Assembly: GCF_003956045.1 (NCBI RefSeq) | Contig: NZ_CP026513.1 | Coordinates: forward strand, 95,655 to 127,654 | Direction of reading: 5' to 3' | DNA: 32,000 nt | Source: Candidatus Annandia adelgestsuga | GTDB lineage: Bacteria > Pseudomonadota > Gammaproteobacteria > Enterobacterales > Enterobacteriaceae_A | Part shown: in pieces, positions 1 through 8,748 of the stretch | How positions within the stretch are numbered: the stretch's first letter is position 1 | How the letters are laid out: the number at the start of each line of letters is the position of its first letter | Translations under genes and position numbers: made by a program | The notes under the pieces: generated by a model | Seen by the model: only the letters and a program-made list of their open reading frames with translations | Databases searched by the model: none | Told to the model about the DNA's origin: nothing

Positions 1-1
1 T

Positions 2-1147
2 GAGAAAATAGCACCAGGGGTAATTGATAGAGAACCTATTAATAAACCTTTACAAACAGGATATACAATAATAGATTCTATGATTCCTATTGGTAGAGGA
101 CAAAGAGAACTTATTATAGGTGATCGACATACTGGAAAAACTACTTTAGCTATTGATACAATAATAAATCAACGTAATAAAAAAGTAAAATGTATATATG
201 TTGCTATTGGTCAAAAAGCTTCTACCATATATAATTTGGTATCTAAATTAAAAGAATATAATGCTTTATCTTATACAGTAATAGTTGTAGCTACTGCTTC
301 TGAACCAGCATCTATGCAATATTTAGCTCCTTATTCTGGTTGTACTATAGGAGAATTTTTTAGAGATAATGGTGAAGATGCTTTAATTGTATATGATGAT
401 TTATCTAAACAAGCTATTGCTTATCGACAAATATCTTTATTATTAAAAAGACCACCAGGTAGAGAAGCTTTTCCAGGAGATATATTTTATTTACATGCAC
501 GTTTATTAGAAAGATCTGCTTGTGTAAATTCTAAATATATAGAAAAAAAAACAAAAGGTAAAATAAAAAATAAAACAGGTTCTTTGACAGCTTTACCTAT
601 AATAGAAACTCAATCTGGAGATGTTTCTGCATTTGTTCCTACAAATGTTATATCAATTACAGATGGACAAATATTTTTAGAAACAAATTTATTTAATTCT
701 GGAATTCGTCCAGCTATTAATTCTGGAATATCAGTATCTCGTGTAGGAAGTTCAGCACAAACAAATTTAATTAAAAAATTATCTAGTGGTATAAAAAATT
801 CTATAGCTCAGTATAACGAATTATCTTCTTTTTCTCAATTTACATCAGATTTAGATTATAATACTCGTAAAAAATTAGAAAATGGGCAAAAAATAACTGA
901 AATGTTAAAACAAAATATTCATACTCCTATGTCTGTTATACAACAATCAATTATATTATTTATTATTAAATATAATTTTATAGATAAAATAAAATTAAAT
1001 AAAATTAAAAAATTTACATTAGATTTATTAGATTATATATCATCTAATAAAAATAATTTAATTAATTTACAAAATGATATTAATAATTTTAAATTTTATT
1101 TAAACAAAATTATAAAAAAATTTAAAAAAAACAAATATGGTAAATAA
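2..1147 (+). CDS. atpA: F1F0 ATP synthase alpha subunit, 5'-truncated by the window edge
   Basis: The frame is open from nt 2 ([47 protein letters not shown]...), so the ATG at 80 in the ORF track is internal. Walker A GDRHTGKT is present, followed by the conserved [28 protein letters not shown] and ITDGQIFLE blocks. The TAA stop at 1145-1147 directly abuts the atpG ATG. Confidence 0.97.
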   Translation, partial: EKIAPGVIDREPINKPLQTGYTIIDSMIPIGRGQRELIIGDRHTGKTTLAIDTIINQRNKKVKCIYVAIGQKASTIYNLVSKLKEYNALSYTVIVVATASEPASMQYLAPYSGCTIGEFFRDNGEDALIVYDDLSKQAIAYRQISLLLKRPPGREAFPGDIFYLHARLLERSACVNSKYIEKKTKGKIKNKTGSLTALPIIETQSGDVSAFVPTNVISITDGQIFLETNLFNSGIRPAINSGISVSRVGSSAQTNLIKKLSSGIKNSIAQYNELSSFSQFTSDLDYNTRKKLENGQKITEMLKQNIHTPMSVIQQSIILFIIKYNFIDKIKLNKIKKFTLDLLDYISSNKNNLINLQNDINNFKFYLNKIIKKFKKNKYGK

Positions 1148-2011
1148 ATGAATAATATAAAAATTATTAAAGATAAAATTAATAGTATTAATAATACTAA
1201 AAAAATTACTAAAGTAATGGAAATGGTTGCTACAAATAAAATGTTTAAAACTAAAAAAAATATAGAAAGATGTAAACCATATATTAAATCAATTGAAAAA
1301 GTAATAAAAAATCTTTTATCAGGTAATCCTGAATATAAACATCATTATTTTAAAAAAAAAAAAATAAAAAAAGTTGGTTTTATAATTGTATCAAGTGATC
1401 GTGGTTTATGTGGTAGTTTAAATAATTTATTATTTAAAAAAATATTAAATAAAATAATTTATTTTAATAAAAAAAATATAAATGTTGTTTTTTCAATAAT
1501 AGGTTCTAAAGGGGCATCTTTTTTTAGATATCTTAATTATAAAATTTTATCACAATATAATAATTTAAGTATTAAACCAAAAATAATAGATATAATTGGT
1601 TTAATTAAATCTATATTAAATTTATATGATAATAATAAAATAGAAAAATTATATATATCTTATAATAAATATTATAATACAATGATTCAAATTCCTAAAA
1701 TTACAAAATTACTTCCAATAAGTTTTTCTAAAAACAAAAAAATTTATAAAAATAGATGGGATTATATTTATGAAAATGATTCTAAATTTTTATTAAATAC
1801 ATTATTAGTTAGATATATTGAATCAAAAATATATAATTGTGTTTTAGAAAATATTGCTAGTGAACAATCATCACGTATGATAGCTATGAAATCAGCTACA
1901 GAAAATAGTAATAAAATAATTTTAGAATTAAAATTACTATATAATAAAATTAGACAGTCAAATATTACAAAAGAGTTAAATGAAATAATTTCTAGTACAT
2001 TAATTTTTTAA
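1148..2011 (+). CDS. atpG: F1F0 ATP synthase gamma subunit
   Basis: 287 aa, the same length as I recall for E. coli AtpG. The N-terminus (IKDKINSINNTKKITKVMEMVATNKM) and C-terminus (ASEQSSRMIAMKSATENS...ITKELNEIISS) match the gamma-subunit signature helices. It lies between atpA and atpD. Confidence 0.95.
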   Translation: MNNIKIIKDKINSINNTKKITKVMEMVATNKMFKTKKNIERCKPYIKSIEKVIKNLLSGNPEYKHHYFKKKKIKKVGFIIVSSDRGLCGSLNNLLFKKILNKIIYFNKKNINVVFSIIGSKGASFFRYLNYKILSQYNNLSIKPKIIDIIGLIKSILNLYDNNKIEKLYISYNKYYNTMIQIPKITKLLPISFSKNKKIYKNRWDYIYENDSKFLLNTLLVRYIESKIYNCVLENIASEQSSRMIAMKSATENSNKIILELKLLYNKIRQSNITKELNEIISSTLIF

Positions 2012-2035
2012 TTTTATTTTCAAATTTATTTTTAA

Positions 2036-3424
<1,389 letters not shown>

Positions 3425-3462
3425 ATATTAATTTATTATATTTTTAAATATTGGATATTTGA

Positions 3463-3882
3463 ATGAAATCATATTTATTAAATGTAGTTAGTATTGAAAA
3501 ACAAATTTTTAAAGATTATATAAATAAAATGACAATAAGCGGTAGTGAAGGAGAATTAGGAATACTTCATGGACATGTAGCACTTTTAACTACTATTAAA
3601 CCTGGTAAAATTTTAATATTTAAAAAAAATAAAAAAGAATATATATATGTATCTGGAGGTATTTTAGAAATACAACCAAAAGTTGTTACTGTTCTTGCAG
3701 ATACCGCTATTAGGGGAAAAGATATAGATGAGAAATTAGTTATTAAAGCTAAAAGAGAAGCTAAAGAAAAAATTATTAATTTTCCAATAGGAGACATAAA
3801 TTATACTAAAAATATAATTAAATTATCTAAAGAAATGATTAAATTAGATATATTGAAATTAATAAAAAAAAATAAATTATAA
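3463..3882 (+). CDS. atpC: F1F0 ATP synthase epsilon subunit
   Basis: 139 aa, as in E. coli. It starts [16 protein letters not shown]...[22 protein letters not shown], and it is the last gene of the atp cluster. Confidence 0.93.
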
Positions 3883-3886
3883 ATTT

Positions 3887-5266
3887 TTATTTACCAATAC
3901 AAAATTTAGAAAATATATTTTTTAAAAGATCTTGTGTTGTAAAGTTGCCATTTATTTTATTTATTTCATTTTGAGCTAAATTTAATTTATCAGCAACAAT
4001 ATCTATATAAAACCCAGCATCTAATAAAAATTTACTTTGTTTTAAATATTTTAATGTTTTTTTTAATATTTTAATATGTCTTTTATTATTTATAAGTATT
4101 TTAGATAAATCTTTATTAAAATATAAAATTTTTTCTAAATGTTTAAATAATATATCTATACCATTACCTGTTAAAGCAGACATTTTTATAATATTATAAC
4201 CTTTTTTATCTTTTTTTATTTTTGGTTTTTTTTTTTTAATATCTATTTTATTTTTTATTATAGTAATTTTATTTTTATTTATTTTATTATAAATATTAAA
4301 AAATGTTTTTTTTATATCATATTTTTTTGAAATATTACTATCAATAATTAATAATAAATGATCAGCTTCTTTTATTTCTTTTTTAGTTCTTTCTATTCCT
4401 ATTTTTTCTATAATATTATATGATTTTCTTAAACCTGCTGTATCTATTATTTGTATAGGTATTCCATTTATATATATATTTTCTTTTATTATATCACGTG
4501 TAGTTCCTGGAATATTTGTTACAATTGATGATTTTTTTTTAGTAATTAAATTAAATATAGTTGATTTTCCTGAATTTGGTTTTCCTAAAATTACTATTTT
4601 AATTCCATATTGAGATATTTTTCCTAAATTAGATTCATAACATACATTTTTTATAATACTAATTATTTTTTTTAATTTATTTGAAATTTCAGAAGTGGAA
4701 ATATGATCTATTTCATCTTCTGAAAAATCTATATTAGTTTCTATATATGTTCTTATATTAATTATTTTTTTAAAAATATTTTTAATATATAAAAATAAAT
4801 TGCCATTTAATGAATTTATAGAAGATTTTACTTCATATTCTGAATTAGAATTAATTAATTCCATTATAGATTCTGCTTGTATTAAATTAATTTTTTTATT
4901 TAAAAAAGCTCTGTATGAAAATTCTCCTGGTTTAGCAAAACGTGTATGAAATTTATTATTAATATATTTCATTAATAAAATTAATGAAATTTGATTTCCA
5001 TGACAATGTAATTCTAAAATATCTTCACCAGTAAATGAATTGGGTTTATTAAATAAAATTGCAATACCTTTATCTAAAATATTATTTTTATCATCTTTAA
5101 AAAATAAATAATTAGCAATACGAGGTTCAATTATTTTATTTAAAATCTTATTTGAAATATATTTAACTTTATTTCCAGATATTCTAATAATACCTACCCC
5201 ACCACGTCCATAAGGTGTAACTTGTGCAATAATAGTATCTAAATTATTATAATTTATATTTTTCAT
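3887..5266 (-). CDS. mnmE: tRNA U34 modification GTPase MnmE (TrmE/ThdF)
   Basis: 459 aa. The N-terminus is DTIIAQVTPYGRGGVGIIRISG. G-domain motifs GKPNSGKST, DTAGLR and NKID are present, as is the diagnostic C-terminal CIGK. The position next to yidC matches E. coli. Confidence 0.95.
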   Translation of the reverse strand: MKNINYNNLDTIIAQVTPYGRGGVGIIRISGNKVKYISNKILNKIIEPRIANYLFFKDDKNNILDKGIAILFNKPNSFTGEDILELHCHGNQISLILLMKYINNKFHTRFAKPGEFSYRAFLNKKINLIQAESIMELINSNSEYEVKSSINSLNGNLFLYIKNIFKKIINIRTYIETNIDFSEDEIDHISTSEISNKLKKIISIIKNVCYESNLGKISQYGIKIVILGKPNSGKSTIFNLITKKKSSIVTNIPGTTRDIIKENIYINGIPIQIIDTAGLRKSYNIIEKIGIERTKKEIKEADHLLLIIDSNISKKYDIKKTFFNIYNKINKNKITIIKNKIDIKKKKPKIKKDKKGYNIIKMSALTGNGIDILFKHLEKILYFNKDLSKILINNKRHIKILKKTLKYLKQSKFLLDAGFYIDIVADKLNLAQNEINKINGNFTTQDLLKNIFSKFCIGK

Positions 5267-5315
5267 ATTTTTTTTTTTTTTTTTGTTAAATAATTATATA
5301 ATAAATATTGTTGTA

Positions 5316-6827
5316 TTATATAGTTATTATATTATTTATTATATAATATAAAACTAACCCTGAAGGTAACCATAAGAAAAATAAAATAAATAATATTGGT
5401 ATAATATTTAATATATTTTTTTTTTGATAATCTTTTATATAATATAAAGATATTTTTTGCATTATTAATATAGTAATTCCCATTATTAATGGTAATATAT
5501 AAAAATCATCTTTTGAAGATAAATCTTTAATCCATAAAAAAGAAGTATTATTTAATTCAGCAGAATTAATTATCATATAATATAAAGATAAAAATATAGG
5601 AGTTTGTAATATTAATGGTAAAAAACTACTAAGTGGATTTATTCTTTCTTTTTTATATAAATTAAAAATTTTTTCTTTTAATAAATTTTTATTATAATAA
5701 AAATTTTTATATATCGAATTAATTTTTGGTTTTAAAATATTCATTTTTATCATATAAATATATTGTATTTTTGTAATAGGATAAATAATAAAACGTAATA
5801 ATAAAGTAATAATAATAATTGATATTCCCCAATTTTTAAAAATAAAATTAATTGATTTTAATAAAACAAATAATGGTTTTGAAATAAACCATAAAAAACC
5901 ATAATCTATTACTAAATTTAAATTATAAAATTTAAAATTCATATAATCTTTAATTTTAGGACCAATAAAAATAATAGTTTCAAATTTTTTGTATTTATTA
6001 TTAGATAATATATAAGATTTTGTAAAATATCCTAAATTAATATTTTTATTTTTTAAATTATTTATATATATTATATTATCTATTTTATTATTAGGTATTA
6101 TTGATGTTAAAAAATATTTTTGTGTTATAGCAATCCATCCATTTTTTGTATTTTTTTCTTCTTTTATATTATTTAATAAATTTTTAAAATTAAATTTATT
6201 GTATTTTTCTTTTATAGTATAATAAGAAATTCCAAAATTTTTTTTATAATAATTATTATTTTTAATAATTTTTAAATTTTGCTTTAAATTATTAAATATT
6301 GATATTTTAACTTTTTTTTTTGAAATATTATAAATATTATATTTTATATCAATAAAATATTTGTTAGGATAAAATGTAAAATACTTATTATAAATTATAT
6401 TTTTTTTATTATTATAAATCATTATTGTAATTTTATTTTGTTTTTTTTTAAATTTTATAAATTTTGGAAAATTATATTTATAATTATAATTTATATTTTT
6501 AATTATTTTATCGTTTTTAATTACCCCATCATTAAATTCACAAATATAATTTAATTTTTTTTTTAAAGAATCTGATAATATAAAAGATTTATTATTATAA
6601 TTTTTTAATTTTATATTTTCAATTAAACCAGTTTTAGTGTTTATTAAAATATACATAACATTTGTTTTAATTTTTATTATATTTTTTTTAAATATATAAC
6701 CATTATTTTTTATTTTATAATTTTTATTATTATTTTTAAAATTGTAATTATAATAAAAAAAATTTGATATAAATAAAAAAAAAAATAATATTATTAAAAA
6801 AAAAATATTTTTTCTTTTATTAATCAT
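5316..6827 (-). CDS. yidC: membrane protein insertase YidC
   Basis: 503 aa. An N-terminal TM segment is followed by a highly eroded periplasmic domain. The conserved C-terminal core is recognisable (NWGISIIIITLLLRFIIYPIT...PLSSFLPLILQTPIFLSLYYM...ILPLIMGITILIMQK). Synteny is rnpA-yidC-mnmE. Confidence 0.9.
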   Translation of the reverse strand: MINKRKNIFFLIILFFFLFISNFFYYNYNFKNNNKNYKIKNNGYIFKKNIIKIKTNVMYILINTKTGLIENIKLKNYNNKSFILSDSLKKKLNYICEFNDGVIKNDKIIKNINYNYKYNFPKFIKFKKKQNKITIMIYNNKKNIIYNKYFTFYPNKYFIDIKYNIYNISKKKVKISIFNNLKQNLKIIKNNNYYKKNFGISYYTIKEKYNKFNFKNLLNNIKEEKNTKNGWIAITQKYFLTSIIPNNKIDNIIYINNLKNKNINLGYFTKSYILSNNKYKKFETIIFIGPKIKDYMNFKFYNLNLVIDYGFLWFISKPLFVLLKSINFIFKNWGISIIIITLLLRFIIYPITKIQYIYMIKMNILKPKINSIYKNFYYNKNLLKEKIFNLYKKERINPLSSFLPLILQTPIFLSLYYMIINSAELNNTSFLWIKDLSSKDDFYILPLIMGITILIMQKISLYYIKDYQKKNILNIIPILFILFFLWLPSGLVLYYIINNIITI

Positions 6828-6924
6828 TTTATTTTAAATATATTAATATTTTAAATTTAAAAATTAAATTTTTAATTTTAAATATAAAATATTATATATT
6901 TTAGTTTTAAAAAAAATAAAAAAT

Positions 6925-7263
6925 TTATATTTTTATTTTTTTCCATAATTTATTTAAATTATTAAATAAATTTTTATTATTAATTTTAATTATACATTTT
7001 TTTACTACAATAATACAATCTTTTTTAAAAAAATAATTTTGATTTAAACGAAAACTTTCTCTTATATATCTTTTTATTTTATTTCTATCATGGGAAAATT
7101 TTATATTTTTTTTAGATATTATTATACCTAATCTAGAATAGTTAAAATTGTTATTTTTTATATATAACATTATACAAGATGAATAAAAAAAATTAATTTT
7201 TTTGAAATTTTTTATAAAATTTTTAAAAAATTTTATTTTTTGTTTTTTTTTAAATTTATACAT
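6925..7263 (-). CDS. rnpA: RNase P protein component
   Basis: 112 aa. The RNR-type motif is conserved (HDRNKIKRYIRESFRL), followed by IIVVKK. It lies 7 nt downstream of rpmH, as in the canonical rpmH-rnpA operon. Confidence 0.9.
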   Translation of the reverse strand: MYKFKKKQKIKFFKNFIKNFKKINFFYSSCIMLYIKNNNFNYSRLGIIISKKNIKFSHDRNKIKRYIRESFRLNQNYFFKKDCIIVVKKCIIKINNKNLFNNLNKLWKKIKI

Positions 7264-7270
7264 AATTATT

Positions 7271-7414
7271 TTATTTTGAAGAAATAGTTAAAAATAAACG
7301 TTTTTTATTTCTACGTTTTGATAATATATTTCTACCATTTTTAGTTGACATTCTATAACGAAAACCATGTGAACGTTTTTTTTTTATTAATGATGGTTGA
7401 AAAGTTCTTTTCAT
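7271..7414 (-). CDS. rpmH: 50S ribosomal protein L34 (not in the supplied ORF track)
   Basis: Hand translation of the minus strand gives [47 protein letters not shown] (47 aa). This is near-identical in pattern to E. coli L34 ([30 protein letters not shown]). A strong AGGTGA Shine-Dalgarno (complement of 7423-7428) sits 8 nt upstream of the ATG (complement of 7412-7414). Confidence 0.93.
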   Translation of the reverse strand: MKRTFQPSLIKKKRSHGFRYRMSTKNGRNILSKRRNKKRLFLTISSK

Positions 7415-7556
7415 AATTAAATTCACCTAAATTATAATATATTTATATTTAAATAATTAAATAATTATTTAATTTTAAAAATATATTTATATATTTTTAA
7501 AAATTTATACTATTTATAAAATATATTTTAAAATATATTAAAGTAATTAGAAATAT

Positions 7557-8657
7557 ATGAAATTTACTATAATGAGAGAAAATTTATTAGAAGCTTTACA
7601 AAAAATTACTAGTATATGTATTAATAAATCAATCTTACCAATATTAAATAATATTTTAATAAAATTAAAAAATGGAATATTATTTATTATTTCTCATAAT
7701 TTAGAAATTGAAATTTCAACAAAAATTAAATCTTGTAAAATAATTAAAGAAGGTGAAATAAGTATTCCTGCTAAAAAATTTTTAGAAATTTGTCGTAATT
7801 TTCCATTAAATAAAATTATAAAAATTAAATTAGTAGATAATATATTAATAATAAAAAACAATTTTATTAAATTTAAATTATCAGTATTACCTTCAAATTT
7901 ATTTCCTAATTTTATTAATGGTAAAAATTTAATTAATTTTAATTTATTAAATTTTAATTTAATTAATTTAATTGAATCTACACAATTTTCTATGGGAATT
8001 CAAGATGCAAGATATTATATTAATGGTATGTTAATAAAATCTAAAAATAATATCATATATACAGTTACTACAGATGGTTATAGATTATCTTTATGTTATT
8101 ATAAATATTTAAAAAAAATATCAAATTTTTCAATTATTATTCCAAGAAAAAGTATATTAGAATTAATGAAATTATTAAATAAAAAAAAAAATTTTATTAT
8201 AAATATAAAAATTAATAATAATAGTATATCATTTAAATTTCAAAAATTATTATTTAATACAAAATTAATAAATGGTAATTTTCCATCATATAAAGAAATA
8301 TTTAATAAAAAATACAATTATTATATTGAATTCGATAAAAATATTTTAAAAGAAGCTATTAAAAGAATTTCTATTATTTCTGATGAAAAAAATATTATTT
8401 ATATGTATATAAAAAAAAAACAAGCAATAATTAAATCTAAAAATGAAATACAAGAAATTGCAGAAGAAAAAATTAAAATAAATTATTTAGGTAAAAAATT
8501 TAAAGTTATCTTTAATTCAAAATATATAATAGATATATTAAATTTTTTAAAATGTAATAATATATTTTTTTTATTAGATAAAAATATATCTATTATAAAT
8601 ATAAAAAGTAAAAATATTAAATATAATTCTTATATTGTTATGCCAATTAGATTATAA
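7557..8657 (+). CDS. dnaN: DNA polymerase III beta sliding clamp
   Basis: 366 aa, the same length as E. coli DnaN. It starts MKFTI.RE.L and contains LIESTQFSMGIQDARYYINGML, TDGYRLS and FPSYKEI. The C-terminus is YIVMPIRL (E. coli YVVMPMRL). Confidence 0.95.
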   Translation: MKFTIMRENLLEALQKITSICINKSILPILNNILIKLKNGILFIISHNLEIEISTKIKSCKIIKEGEISIPAKKFLEICRNFPLNKIIKIKLVDNILIIKNNFIKFKLSVLPSNLFPNFINGKNLINFNLLNFNLINLIESTQFSMGIQDARYYINGMLIKSKNNIIYTVTTDGYRLSLCYYKYLKKISNFSIIIPRKSILELMKLLNKKKNFIINIKINNNSISFKFQKLLFNTKLINGNFPSYKEIFNKKYNYYIEFDKNILKEAIKRISIISDEKNIIYMYIKKKQAIIKSKNEIQEIAEEKIKINYLGKKFKVIFNSKYIIDILNFLKCNNIFFLLDKNISIINIKSKNIKYNSYIVMPIRL

Positions 8658-8748
8658 GTATGTTTTTTAATAAATAATTAAATTTAATAAATATATATTT
8701 ATTAATTAAATTTTAATATTAATAAATTTAAACTATAGGTATTTAATT

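Noticed and set aside
3567-3797. 76-aa ORF on the minus strand
   Set aside because: It is entirely antisense to the well-conserved atpC. Its sequence is hydrophobic and low-complexity with no recognisable motif, and it has no Shine-Dalgarno. It is a shadow ORF.
7415-7556. Possible relocated oriC or DnaA-box cluster in the rpmH-dnaN gap
   Set aside because: I could find no TTATCCACA or TGTGGATAA-like 9-mers and no GATC clusters. The short AT palindromes there (for example TAAATAATTATTTA) are expected by chance in this composition. Only divergent promoters can reasonably be inferred.
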